DNA of 61,354 bases, filler included, from Deltaproteobacteria bacterium (GCA_016283195.1; 6 parts of 6 records of this genome joined end to end with filler, not necessarily neighbours in it), one strand, 5' to 3'. Positions 21,404-31,146 are shown, counted from the first letter of the whole stretch. A program made the numbers and translations. Notes: generated from the sequence alone by a model not told the origin.

Positions 21404-21609
21404 TTAGCGGAAGTCTTCGATATTTTTATCGGCAGCTTCTTTTTTGGAGAGGCGGATTTTGCCGGTCTTTTCGTCAATGCCGATGACTTTGACCAATACT
21501 TCCTGGCCCTCTTCCAGCTCGTCGTGGACATCTTTCACCCGGTAATCGGCCAGCTCGCTGATGTGGCAGAGGCCGTCGGTGCCGGGGAGCACTTCGATAA
21601 AGGCGCCAA
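21404..21609 (-). CDS. pnp: Polynucleotide phosphorylase C-terminal S1 domain (truncated by contig end)
   Basis: [20 protein letters not shown]...VKVIGID..GKIRLS. Confidence 0.85.
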
Positions 21610-21709
21610 NNNNNNNNNNNNNNNNNNNNNNNNNNNNNNNNNNNNNNNNNNNNTTAATTAATTAANNNNNNNNNNNNNNNNNNNNNNNNNNNNNNNNNNN
21701 NNNNNNNNN
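21610..21709. other. Artificial contig spacer
   Basis: 44 N + TTAATTAATTAA + 44 N. Confidence 0.98.
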
Positions 21710-21710
21710 A

Positions 21711-21815
21711 GAAGATATTGCTGTAAAAAAAGCTAAAAGCAACTATGATGAAATATTATCTGATGAAAAATTTGTAGCCTATTTAAAAGAAAAGAAAATT
21801 TTATCAGTCTTTTAG
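21711..21815 (+). CDS. C-terminal fragment of an AT-rich unknown gene
   Basis: Open frame EDIAVKKAKSNYDEILSDEKFVAYLKEKKILSVF* from the contig edge. Confidence 0.5.
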   Translation, partial: EDIAVKKAKSNYDEILSDEKFVAYLKEKKILSVF

Positions 21816-21826
21816 AATGTATTAGA

Positions 21827-21850
21827 ATTTACCAGCTAAAACTGGTAAAT
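21827..21850 (+). terminator. Hairpin, possible terminator
   Basis: ATTTACCAG-ctaaaa-CTGGTAAAT perfect 9-bp stem just after a stop codon. Confidence 0.45.
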
Positions 21851-21899
21851 ATTCCAAACTGAAGGGCAACAATATCGATAGAATCTAACAGGAGTCCCC

Positions 21900-22943
21900 A
21901 TGAACACTTTCGGCCGCTATTTAAAAATCACCACCTTTGGTGAATCACACGGCCCCATGATGGGCGCTGTTTTAGACGGCTTGCCCGCTAATTTGCCCAT
22001 TGATCCTGCCGTGATAACCGCTGAGCTCGCTCGCCGCCGCCCGGCCGGTGACGCCGTTTCCACGAGTCGCATAGAGCCCGATGAATTCCAAATAGTTTCC
22101 GGCCTCTGTGATGGCAAAACCAGCGGCGCCCCGCTTACAATACTCATACCCAATGTGGCGCAAAATAGCGAAGAATATAAAGATGTTGCCGATATATTCC
22201 GCCCCGGTCACGGCGACTTTGGCTGGTATCATAAATATGGCACTATGCCCGGGCCGGGCGGCGGCCGCCTCTCCGGCCGCGAAACAGTGGCGAGAGTTGC
22301 CGCCGGCGCTATAGTAAAGGCCATTTTAAAAAGGCAGGGCATCAATATATATGGCTATACCAAGCAAATCGGGCCTATTTGCGCCGCGGAGCGCGAAAAG
22401 GAATTTATTGAACAAAATCCCTATAGATTGCCCGATAGAGCGGCCGCCCGCGAGGCTGAAAAGCTCATTGCTGACCTGCGGGCGGCCGGGGACACCATCG
22501 GCGGCCAGGTGGTCATCGTGGCCGAAAATGTGCCCGCCGGCTGGGGGAGCCCCGTCTTTGGCAAGCTGGATGCCACCATCGGTAAGGCTATGTTTTCCAT
22601 TGGTGCCGTTAAAGGGGTGCTCTTTGGCGAGGGGCTTTCTTTTGCCACCATGCGCGGTAGCGAGAGTAATGACCAACTGGGGCCGGCGGGCCCGCTTACT
22701 AACCACGCCGGCGGCACCAACGGCGGCCTCTCAAACGGCGCTCCTATTGTGGTGACTCTTGTGGTTAAAGCGCCGCCCTCCATCGCGCTTACCCAAAAAA
22801 CCGTTAATACCAAGGGCGAGCCCTGCGCGATAACCATTAAGGGTCGCCACGACTGCTGCCTCTGCCCGCGCATTATTCCGGTGGCTGAGGCCATGCTGGC
22901 GCTCACGCTTTTTGATGCTTTTTTGGAAAGGAAATTAGCATAG
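21900..22943 (+). CDS. aroC: Chorismate synthase
   Basis: Motifs TTFGESHG, RPGHGD, SGRETVARVAAG, GRHD. Confidence 0.95.
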   Translation: MNTFGRYLKITTFGESHGPMMGAVLDGLPANLPIDPAVITAELARRRPAGDAVSTSRIEPDEFQIVSGLCDGKTSGAPLTILIPNVAQNSEEYKDVADIFRPGHGDFGWYHKYGTMPGPGGGRLSGRETVARVAAGAIVKAILKRQGINIYGYTKQIGPICAAEREKEFIEQNPYRLPDRAAAREAEKLIADLRAAGDTIGGQVVIVAENVPAGWGSPVFGKLDATIGKAMFSIGAVKGVLFGEGLSFATMRGSESNDQLGPAGPLTNHAGGTNGGLSNGAPIVVTLVVKAPPSIALTQKTVNTKGEPCAITIKGRHDCCLCPRIIPVAEAMLALTLFDAFLERKLA

Positions 22944-22952
22944 GAGAAAATA

Positions 22953-23591
22953 ATGGAAAAAAATGATTTAGAACAGCCTGTTATCAATAAAAAGGCCCTT
23001 AAACGTGAGTTTATCAATGGCACCTGGACTATTCCGCTTAGTATCTTGGCCGCTTTGCCGGCTATATATAATCTGATTTATGCCATAAGCCATAGAATAT
23101 GCCGCGATTATTATACTTTTATCTCATGGTGCTCTACCATGGTGATCTCTCTCCTCATGGTTATTATGGCCACTATTTTGCTCATGAATTATGATAAAAA
23201 AAATAGTGAAGCGAATTACAGTTTATATAAAATCGCCTTTGCCGAAAGTTTGCTGCCAATTATACTTTGCGCTTTTTGGGGCATAAATTTAGTAAGTTAT
23301 TTTTTGTGGAAACATGGTAGCTATCATTATATGGCCGACTGGCATATCCACGCTTTTGAAACACTTGTTACCGATGTTATCGGCTCTTTTCTTATCTCCA
23401 GCTTAGGTATCGTGCTCTCTTTTGTAGCCGAACATAGCCTTTTAAAAACCTTAAAAAATAAGGAGCAAAATGGCCAGGACAGCGAAGAAAATAATAATTT
23501 AAAGCGCCTGGTGCATAAAAGGCGCACAATAAAAATAGCCTTCCTTATAGTGCTGGTGCTGGGAGTGATTATAAAATTAAGCTTGGCTTAG
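22953..23591 (+). CDS. Hypothetical multi-pass membrane protein
   Basis: AGGAG RBS; about five hydrophobic segments. Confidence 0.7.
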   Translation: MEKNDLEQPVINKKALKREFINGTWTIPLSILAALPAIYNLIYAISHRICRDYYTFISWCSTMVISLLMVIMATILLMNYDKKNSEANYSLYKIAFAESLLPIILCAFWGINLVSYFLWKHGSYHYMADWHIHAFETLVTDVIGSFLISSLGIVLSFVAEHSLLKTLKNKEQNGQDSEENNNLKRLVHKRRTIKIAFLIVLVLGVIIKLSLA

Positions 23592-24994
23592 CTCTCTAGC
23601 GATAATCCCTCCTTATTGCTCCTTTTTTTTAAGCTCATTAAAGCCAGAATAAGAGAAATAGCCATCCCGATATGGGGAAGCCAGGGCGGGCATACTATTT
23701 TGCTAGCAGCCGCAAGGATAGCCGGAACAAGGCCAAAGAGCCCGCCCAAACAGACTCCGGCATACCAAAGCGGCTTTCTTATGGCATATTTTTTATGCGT
23801 CATGATAGCTAGAGCGAGCGGCGCCACAATACCCGGCGTATATACCGAATAGGCTATGGTCAAAAGAGCGATAATGTCATGGCCCAAAAGCGCGAGAAAA
23901 GTGGCCAGAGCCCCAATGACAATTACCAGTAAGCGCAAAACGGCAATCCTCTGAGTGCCAATAATATCGCTGCCCAAAATGGCCGCCGAATTGATGAGGC
24001 AGGTATCAGCCGAAGAGAGGAGCGCCGACAAAAGGCCCACCGAGAGGAGCCCCGCCAGCGGGAGAGGTAATAGGGAAACTAGGCGGAAAAGAGGATTGGT
24101 GCCCATGGCCAGAGAGTCCGGAACGTAAGTAGCGGCCCACATACCGAGACTAACAATGAGGATGCTAAAAATAATAATGGCCAAGCTGCCGGCCAAAACA
24201 GCTTTTTTGGCCGCACCCGCCTCTTTTGCCACCAAATTCCGGGAAATAACATCAGGGCCTAAAAAATAGGCGCCACCTACTGTAAAGGTCATCATAAGCA
24301 AATCGGGAAAAGTGAATTTTTCATTTAAAAGCGCAAAGTTACCAAATGTCACCAGCGTTTTCGAAGGATTTTCCGCAGTAATTATTGCCGCTTTTGACTC
24401 CAGCCCGGAAAAGCCGCCAAAAAGATAAATAGCGGCCAGCAAAAAGCCGAGGCTCAAAATGGTAAATTGCAAAGCATCGGTGCGCACAACAGAAAGCTGC
24501 CCGCCAAGAAGTGTATATATAATAACAATAGCCGCGGTGATTAATACCACTTCCTTGCCGGCTTCATGCCCTAAAACCAGGCCGATAAAACCGGCCAGAG
24601 CGGCAAACTGGGCGGCAATAATCCCTATCCACGAGACAGCAATAATTAAGGCCACTAGTTTGCGCCCGCTTTTTCCCACACACTTTTCGGCAATTTCCGG
24701 CAGAGTGCGCACCTTAAGGTCGTGAACTTTTTGGCTCAAAAATATTCCCTGAAGAAAGAGGCCGATAGCCCCAACACCAAGCCACCAAAAAGCGGCAAAG
24801 CCTATCTTTTCGGCCCGGGCGGCAATGCCAACTGTAGCCGAAGCCCCCAAAACCGTGGCCATGAGGCTCATAAAGACCAAAGCGGCACTTTGCCGGCGGC
24901 CGGCGACAACATAATCATCAAGATTTTTCACCTTAAAAAAGTCACGCAGGCAAATAAACGAGAGCGCCAAAAAGTAAATGATAAGCAGTTTCAT
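23588..24994 (-). CDS. Sodium:solute symporter (SSS) family protein
   Basis: Motifs DYVVAGR, YTLLGGQLSVVRTDALQ, SALLSSADT. Confidence 0.9.
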   Translation of the reverse strand: MKLLIIYFLALSFICLRDFFKVKNLDDYVVAGRRQSAALVFMSLMATVLGASATVGIAARAEKIGFAAFWWLGVGAIGLFLQGIFLSQKVHDLKVRTLPEIAEKCVGKSGRKLVALIIAVSWIGIIAAQFAALAGFIGLVLGHEAGKEVVLITAAIVIIYTLLGGQLSVVRTDALQFTILSLGFLLAAIYLFGGFSGLESKAAIITAENPSKTLVTFGNFALLNEKFTFPDLLMMTFTVGGAYFLGPDVISRNLVAKEAGAAKKAVLAGSLAIIIFSILIVSLGMWAATYVPDSLAMGTNPLFRLVSLLPLPLAGLLSVGLLSALLSSADTCLINSAAILGSDIIGTQRIAVLRLLVIVIGALATFLALLGHDIIALLTIAYSVYTPGIVAPLALAIMTHKKYAIRKPLWYAGVCLGGLFGLVPAILAAASKIVCPPWLPHIGMAISLILALMSLKKRSNKEGLSLES

Positions 24995-25192
24995 AATAAA
25001 CCCAGAATAGCACCTTTAGAAATTGCGCCAAGAAGCCGCCGTTCCAAGCAGCTAAGCCTTAGCTGATAACACAGCGGGCGGGCTAGTAAAACAGAAAAAT
25101 ATCGTAGTAGCCGAATGAGCCCAATTATTTAACCATGACAATACGATTAATTACGTTTCTTATGTGTGTGGCTCTCAAAACTGTCTCACCAC

Positions 25193-25226
25193 TGTGTCAC
25201 CTGACACACTTTGGCACGCAATTTGC
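25193..25226 (+). promoter_or_regulatory. Sigma-54 promoter with adjacent inverted repeat
   Basis: TGGCAC-GCAAT-TTGC at 25212-25226 is the exact -24/-12 consensus; TGTGTCA-cc-TGACACA at 25193-25208. Confidence 0.7.
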
Positions 25227-25237
25227 GTTTACAAATG

Positions 25238-25325
25238 CGCGCCACCAACTGACCGACCTAACCTCTCCTCCTCAAGTAGTGGAAATCATTAAAAATCGTC
25301 CCTCCCCGATGCCGGGAGGGACTCC
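25238..25325 (+). ncRNA. Candidate sigma-54-dependent small RNA
   Basis: No credible CDS after the promoter; CTCTCCTCCT tract; closing hairpin GTCCCTCCC-cgatgcc-GGGAGGGAC at 25298-25322. Confidence 0.4.
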
Positions 25326-25410
25326 AATTCTAGGCTTTTTCCCCCTTGCTGTTTTGGAGAGGGGAATTATTCAATAATATCGCTTAATTGCAAGGGGTGA
25401 GGTCAGAGAG

Positions 25411-25724
25411 ATGGCTATCCACTTTCTGGAGCTCCAAAAAGCGGAAAAAATCGTGACTGGGGCTCGCTGATTAAAATCAAGGGAAAGGATGATAAGAGGA
25501 TAGTCGAAGCCAAGAAAAGAATAGCCAAAGCAGAGAAAGAGCTAAGCAAAATCCGACTTCAGTTGGAGCAAAGAGAAACAGCGCTGGCAACTAAGAAAAA
25601 GCAAACAATCGATCAAGGAAAACTTGAGAAAGCCCTGTCCCTGACCAAAAAATTCATGGCTCTTGGCCATAGCCAAGAAGAAGCGGCCGAATTTGCGGAA
25701 ATAGATGCTAACTTACTTGATTAA
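25411..25724 (+). pseudogene. Rpn/PD-(D/E)XK nuclease family C-terminal remnant (frameshifted)
   Basis: MAIHFLELQK in one frame, then DWGSLIK...GKLEKALSLTKKFMALGHSQEEAAEFAEID in another. Confidence 0.6.
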
Positions 25725-25843
25725 TGTTGTTCCGATAAGACTTTATTCTCAGAGGTAGCATACAAAGTTCCATTTATCCGATAGAAGATATTCCACTAAA
25801 ACTTTAGAAAATATGGCGCGAAGGCCTGGGTGCATAGATTAGC

Positions 25844-26338
25844 TTAGCTGTGGGTGCGCATAAAGGCGGCTTGTGAAAGGTCATCGAGCTCGTTTTCTTC
25901 TTTGGCTGCCAGCTCTTTTTTTACCTCTTTTTCCCACTTTTCTTTGTGTTTTTGCAGGGCTTTTAAATCCTGAGTAGCTTTGATCATGGCTTCTCTGGCC
26001 CGCTCCACACCGCGCTCTTTATCTTCTACAACGCGTTGTTGCGAAGCAATGACCTCCTGCTGATTCACCTCTTCTTCTTTTAAACGATCAATATAATGGT
26101 TGCCGGAGATAACAGCTTGGGTACTCATTTCGCCGCGCATCTGTTTTTCGGCGTATTCTTTGCGCTTTTCCTCACGGCGCAGCACCATTTTCTCCAGCTC
26201 TTGCTCCATTTCTTCTTTGCGCTTTTGTTCGCGCAGGAGAATTTTTTGCGCATCGGCAAAGGCATTTTCCGCTTCGCCTTTTTCTCTTTCGCGGATATCA
26301 AGGAGAGTTTGCAAATTGTATTTGGGCATTTGGGGCAT
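25844..26338 (-). CDS. FliJ/SctO(YscO)-like type III export stalk protein
   Basis: ATG 26338 with GGAGG; YNLQTLLDIRER start, all coiled coil, KALQKHKEKW...EENELDD end. Confidence 0.75.
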   Translation of the reverse strand: MPQMPKYNLQTLLDIREREKGEAENAFADAQKILLREQKRKEEMEQELEKMVLRREEKRKEYAEKQMRGEMSTQAVISGNHYIDRLKEEEVNQQEVIASQQRVVEDKERGVERAREAMIKATQDLKALQKHKEKWEKEVKKELAAKEENELDDLSQAAFMRTHS

Positions 26339-26417
26339 AGGCCACCTCCAAGGTAAAGACAATAGACTTCTACAGCCTTTAAGATTCTTTTGCAATCTAT
26401 TTGGATTGATAAAAGGA

Positions 26418-26492
26418 TGGTAGGCGCGAGCGGGGTTGAACCGCTGACCCCCACCGTGTCAAGGTGGTGCTCTCCCACTGAGCTACGCGCCT
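26418..26492 (-). tRNA. tRNA-Val(GAC)
   Basis: AGGCGCG acceptor, TAGCTCAG D arm, anticodon loop TT-GAC-AC, GGTTCAA T loop, encoded CCA. Confidence 0.96.
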
Positions 26493-26504
26493 AGCTCGGC
26501 GCTC

Positions 26505-26533
26505 CTTATATTAAGGCCGGAGGCGCTTGTCAA
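26505..26533 (-). promoter_or_regulatory. Sigma70 promoter for tRNA-Val
   Basis: TTGACA-17 nt-TATAAG, 12 nt upstream of the tRNA. Confidence 0.75.
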
Positions 26534-26540
26534 GATCTTT

Positions 26541-27824
26541 TTACAAATTTTCTGCATTTAAAAATAAATGCCCGTTTTCATTTATATAATTACCAGCAGT
26601 AATTTGGTGCAGCTTAAAAGGCGAAGGCTCTAAATCAGCGCCGGTTTTAAAGTGCACTTCTATATAGTTTTCGCTGGTGCCGATTAGATAAGCACCGTTT
26701 TTCTGCTCAAAAATTACTGATAGCTGGCGCCCTATCTGCCGGGCATAGAGGGCTTTACGCCGTTCAAAATCAAAAGCGTGCACCTCTTTTAAGCGCTCTT
26801 TAAGCACCGGCGCCGGCGGAGTATCGCCCATATTAAAAGCCGGGGTGCCTGGGCGCGGGGAGAAGGGAAAAATATGCATATAATCAAGCGGCACATTTTG
26901 GAGAAAATCCATGGTTTCCTTAAAAGCGGCCGCATCTTCGCCGGGGTGGCCGATTATTATATCACTGCCGATGGTAGCCAGGGGAAAGCGCTCTTTTAAA
27001 GCCAGAACTTTTTCCCTAAACAGGGCTTTTTTATATGGGCGATTCATGCGCTCTAAAACGCTATCACTCCCGCTTTGTAAAGGCAGATGAAAATGGGGGC
27101 AAATACGCGCCTCATATTCGCTGAGAGTATTTAGTAATTCATCTGTAATTTCAATAGCTTCAAGAGAACCGAGGCGCAAACGTACCGCTCTGTTCTTTAT
27201 AACAAGTTCCCGCACCAGCGCGGCCAGAGAGGTGGCTGGTTTTAAGTCTATGCCGTAGCGGCCTAAATGAATACCGGATAGCGCAATTTCTTTATAACCT
27301 TTTTGGGCAATTTGGCCGATAAAGGCCACTGCCTGCTCAAAAGGCGCGCTTTGGCTCGGGCCGCGAGCTTTGGGAATGGTGCAATAGGCACACTTACCGT
27401 CGCAGCCGTCTTGTACTTTTATCTCCGGGCGGGTGCGGTAGCCGGCTACGGCCAAAATGGGCGATAGTTCAGTGGCTATGCTTATTTCCTGCCCCAGAAT
27501 GAATGAGGCGACTTTGATCCAGGAGGCCGGGCCGAAAACAGCGACAACCCCGGCCATCTTTAAAAGAGCGCTGCCTTCGAGAGCCCCCAGACAGCCGGTG
27601 ACAATAATTTTACTGCTGGGATTTAAGCGGACGGCGCGGCGAATTTGTTTTTTTGCTGTGGCGGCGGCGACTGCGGTTACGGCGCAGGTGTTGATAACTA
27701 CCCATTTATTGCCGGAAAGCCCATGATTAACGGCAATATCTCTAGTGAGCAAAAAGCGTTCAAGACTACCTGATTCCGCCTGGTTAACCCGGCAACCAAG
27801 TGTAATTAAGTCAATTGTTTCCAT
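26541..27824 (-). CDS. mtaB: tRNA t6A37 methylthiotransferase (radical SAM)
   Basis: Motifs TLGCRVNQAES, NTCAVT, KVQDGCDGKCAYCTIPKARG, HIFPFSPRPGT. Confidence 0.9.
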   Translation of the reverse strand: METIDLITLGCRVNQAESGSLERFLLTRDIAVNHGLSGNKWVVINTCAVTAVAAATAKKQIRRAVRLNPSSKIIVTGCLGALEGSALLKMAGVVAVFGPASWIKVASFILGQEISIATELSPILAVAGYRTRPEIKVQDGCDGKCAYCTIPKARGPSQSAPFEQAVAFIGQIAQKGYKEIALSGIHLGRYGIDLKPATSLAALVRELVIKNRAVRLRLGSLEAIEITDELLNTLSEYEARICPHFHLPLQSGSDSVLERMNRPYKKALFREKVLALKERFPLATIGSDIIIGHPGEDAAAFKETMDFLQNVPLDYMHIFPFSPRPGTPAFNMGDTPPAPVLKERLKEVHAFDFERRKALYARQIGRQLSVIFEQKNGAYLIGTSENYIEVHFKTGADLEPSPFKLHQITAGNYINENGHLFLNAENL

Positions 27825-27827
27825 GGG

Positions 27828-28490
27828 TTATTGTAGTTCTGAGTTAATGTTGGTCAAAATGGTAAAAAAGAGATTTTGCAAACGCGGCTCGCGGCGAAAT
27901 TCCATGGCGGCCGCGCCTAAAAGTTGGTCAATCGCCTGCTCGATAACCAGGCGCGCATTGCGCCTTTCTACGCGCATACCGCTTTGGGTGTCCTCTTTGG
28001 CTGTGAATTGTTGCATGGCAATAAGATGCTCGAGCATTTGCTCAGCATCATCCAAATCGGCCGGCACAATACCTGCCGCTTCCACTGAGGCCAGATGATT
28101 GCGGGCCACATGCAAAAGAGTTTTGGTGTGTTCGTAGATTTGCAAAAGATCTTTGGGATCGATGGTGAGCCCCACACCAAAGGTCTGCAACATGGCGGGA
28201 TTATCTTTGTAGCGGATATTTATGGCCTCTCTAAAGCTCTGAATCCAGGCTACCAGCTCCTTCTGCGCTTTTTCCTGCGGTGAATCGCAATCCACCGGCG
28301 GACGCAGATGGCCCAAACTGGTGTCGGCCTCTAAAATTTCCACGGCCTTTTGTAATGTTTGGCGAAATTCATCGCCTATCCCGCGATGTTTGAGACGCTC
28401 CTCATGAATCGTTACCAGCCCCAGTGCCTGGCGTCCGGCGGCCAGGGCCTGTTCAAAGGTGAGTCTAGGTTGATTCTTGGCTGGGCTCAT
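27828..28490 (-). CDS. Hypothetical helical protein
   Basis: Long ORF, AGGAG upstream of ATG 28490, in line with mtaB. Confidence 0.7.
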   Translation of the reverse strand: MSPAKNQPRLTFEQALAAGRQALGLVTIHEERLKHRGIGDEFRQTLQKAVEILEADTSLGHLRPPVDCDSPQEKAQKELVAWIQSFREAINIRYKDNPAMLQTFGVGLTIDPKDLLQIYEHTKTLLHVARNHLASVEAAGIVPADLDDAEQMLEHLIAMQQFTAKEDTQSGMRVERRNARLVIEQAIDQLLGAAAMEFRREPRLQNLFFTILTNINSELQ

Positions 28491-28619
28491 TGTCCATCCC
28501 TTTCTCCTAGCGGCAAGTTTAAACACTTTTGTTAACAGCGCAAATTTTTGGCCGTTTTTTTAATATTTTGTGGCTAAATGGGGTGAGAATAAGCGCTAAA
28601 TCAGTCCGGTAAACGGCGG

Positions 28620-29723
28620 TTAATCTAAATATTCGCGCTTAACCGGCAGAATAAGGCGGTAAGATGTAAGTTGATCCGGCTCGCTGAAAATTATCTCCAG
28701 CCGGGCCGTATAGGAGGGCAATTTCGGCAATTTTGTCACCACCAGGGTAAGAGGAGGAGCATCTGGGATAATAGCCGGAAAATCACTAATAATATCAGCC
28801 TCTTTCCCGTGGCCTTCCTGCACTTTGGCCCCGCTTTTATCAAAAATATCAATTTGGTAAGAGAGCGGCTCCTTTATTTTACCCCAAACGGCAAAGTAAT
28901 ATTCCACTTTCGAGCTGCTATCGCTTTCCTCAAAAACCAGTTTTGAACGGAGTAAATCCCAGCGCACACCGCGGGTTATGCTGGTGGCTTCCGGGGCATA
29001 ATTTTTATTTACGAGCTCCAGGAGTTCGCGATATTTGGCCTCCTGGTTCAATAGCTCCTGGGGAAAGGCGGTTAATTTGCGCTCAAAAATTAAATAATTA
29101 TAGGCCATGGCTTGGCCGCCGTCGGGATTTAAATTGCTAAAACAAAAAGCTAGCGGGCTAAAACTTTTAGCCATTTGGTAAGTATTGGTGATGCGGCTCA
29201 AATTATCGTAATAATCAGCCAAAGGTTGGCCGGCGTTTTTTAAGTAGGTGCGATCGTCCTTTATGGCCAGTGCTCCTTGGGCCTCCAAAAGGGCATCATG
29301 GAGCCTTCTAAGCTGCTCCTTATAATCCAGAGCCGGTTGCCAATAGCTGGTAACTTTCCAGTTGCCGTCTTCTTTTATCAGCGGGAGCATACAGCTAAAA
29401 GCCTTATCGTCGCCGCGCAAGGTTATCTCCAGGCTGGTAATGGCATCGGTAGGCGATTGGCGCAGTACAGTGGCATGGCAGATGTCTCTTTTTTGCAAAA
29501 GGCGCAAATCAAAAGTCCGCTGATCCCAGTTAAAGTGGCTATAATCATTTTCTGAAATCTCAGCCCGATTGCGTGCGGAAAGAAGATTATAGGCGCTCTC
29601 AAGTTGGCCGGCGGCGTGGAAGGCGCAAAAATCTTCCGCGGCTTTTTCCGGTGAAGAGCAAGCGACAAATGTCATAACAGTCGGTATTAAAAACAAAAAC
29701 AATGCTTTCTCTTTTTTCGGCAT
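28620..29723 (-). CDS. Hypothetical lipoprotein (possible NTF2-like N-terminus)
   Basis: Lipobox FVAC; SPEKAAEDF...AYNLLS...KEDGNWKV pattern. Confidence 0.65.
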   Translation of the reverse strand: MPKKEKALFLFLIPTVMTFVACSSPEKAAEDFCAFHAAGQLESAYNLLSARNRAEISENDYSHFNWDQRTFDLRLLQKRDICHATVLRQSPTDAITSLEITLRGDDKAFSCMLPLIKEDGNWKVTSYWQPALDYKEQLRRLHDALLEAQGALAIKDDRTYLKNAGQPLADYYDNLSRITNTYQMAKSFSPLAFCFSNLNPDGGQAMAYNYLIFERKLTAFPQELLNQEAKYRELLELVNKNYAPEATSITRGVRWDLLRSKLVFEESDSSSKVEYYFAVWGKIKEPLSYQIDIFDKSGAKVQEGHGKEADIISDFPAIIPDAPPLTLVVTKLPKLPSYTARLEIIFSEPDQLTSYRLILPVKREYLD

Positions 29724-29932
29724 GGAAAACCCCTGATTTTTACTGGCGGCGCATTTACTAATGCCCGCCGGTTTTCACTACAACATTTTTTAGTGCGGTT
29801 GCAATATCCCCATTTGCCGGCAGTGTTTGTTAAAGGCTATTTTGCTCACCTCCAATATTGACTTTTGAGGCAATAACAATAGAATGATTAAGGCTGTTTT
29901 TTTCAAATCTGTTTTCAGGAGGAGAAAGAGCA

Positions 29933-30628
29933 ATGAAAAAAGCGGGATTATTATTAAGCACGGTTTTGACGGTATTTTTAGCTGCTTCTTGTAGCCATCC
30001 GGTGAATGGTGAAGAAGGCGAAAAAGGTTGCGGCAAGTGCCCTGAAGGCACAGAGTGCAATGTAGCTACCAATAAGTGCGAAACTCTTTGCAACGAAGAT
30101 GACGATTGTGGCTCATGCTCAAAATGCGAGCAAAATTTTTGCAATAAATATGCTGATTTCTGTGTTGTTAAGGTGGAGCCGGAATCAAATGCCACCAATG
30201 TGCCGATTAGCCGCCAAACCATGAAAATAACCTTCAGCGGTGAAGTTAATCCCAACAGTGTAACTTCGGCCAATATCGGTCTTTTGCGTAATGATAACGA
30301 GCCTATTACCAGCACTCCAAAAGCTTCCGGTAAGGAGGTGGAACTTTCTATCGGCACCATTTTAAGCCCGGCCACCAAATATACAATTTGGGTAGCTAAA
30401 GAGTTGCAATCAAAAGATTTTATCTTTTTAAATGAGCGCTTTGAATCCAGCTTCAACACTGTGCGCAGTGATTCAACAGCCGCCGGCCCGGCCGGTTTTG
30501 GCCTCTCACCGGTGGCCGGGCAAATGAAGGGCGGCAAATATACTCTTGATGTCGTCGGCGGCCCTATTGCCGGTACTGCCGAAAAAGGTGGCAGCCAAGT
30601 GACTGTCAGCGATGGCTTCTGGAAATAA
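29933..30628 (+). CDS. Lipoprotein with Cys-rich region and Ig-like (Big_5-type) domain
   Basis: Lipobox AASC; Cys-rich stretch; EPESNATNVP...ITFSGEVNPNSV...LSPATKYTI. Confidence 0.7.
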   Translation: MKKAGLLLSTVLTVFLAASCSHPVNGEEGEKGCGKCPEGTECNVATNKCETLCNEDDDCGSCSKCEQNFCNKYADFCVVKVEPESNATNVPISRQTMKITFSGEVNPNSVTSANIGLLRNDNEPITSTPKASGKEVELSIGTILSPATKYTIWVAKELQSKDFIFLNERFESSFNTVRSDSTAAGPAGFGLSPVAGQMKGGKYTLDVVGGPIAGTAEKGGSQVTVSDGFWK

Positions 30629-30642
30629 GCAATAATCTTCCC

Positions 30643-31146
30643 TTATCTTTCTGTAATTTCTTTTAAATCAGCCATATCCCCGGTGGTTATTCCCAGTTTT
30701 TGGCAGAGTCCGCCGTTTATTTCTAAAACATAGCGACTTTTTTGGCCGACAGAACGGCTTTCTAAAGTGAGCGGCTCGGCTTCATGAACTATGCCCACTA
30801 TCTGACCGCCGGAGGAAATAAAGAGCATATCGAGGGGAATGAGAGTGTTTTTCATCCAGAAAGAGCGCACGGCATCATCCGCAAAAATAAAGAGCATACC
30901 TTGCCCTCTGGGTAAACTTTCACGGTGCATGAGGCCAACCATGTGCTCATGGGGAGTTTTTGCGAGTTCTACTTTAAATTCATATACCTCGCCGCTTTTA
31001 GCTGTTATGGTAAGGCGCGATAAGTGCTGTTCATTTAAAACTTCGGCGCCGTTTTTGGCTGGTGCATGGCCGGAGCAGGACCAAAAACTCGCCAAGGCAC
31101 AAAAAATCAGCGTCCGAACAATATAAGGCGATTTTAAAAGTTGCAT
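30643..31146 (-). CDS. DUF192 family lipoprotein
   Basis: Motifs VELAKT, GLMHR, GMLF, FWMKNTLIPLDMLF, VLEINGG. Confidence 0.92.
   Translation of the reverse strand: MQLLKSPYIVRTLIFCALASFWSCSGHAPAKNGAEVLNEQHLSRLTITAKSGEVYEFKVELAKTPHEHMVGLMHRESLPRGQGMLFIFADDAVRSFWMKNTLIPLDMLFISSGGQIVGIVHEAEPLTLESRSVGQKSRYVLEINGGLCQKLGITTGDMADLKEITER

Noticed and set aside
24995-25130. Riboswitch upstream of the SSS transporter
   Set aside because: No recognisable TPP, SAM or other aptamer core motifs.
26418-26492. tRNA-Val as a prophage/island attachment site
   Set aside because: No integrase and no duplicated tRNA 3' end were seen on this contig.
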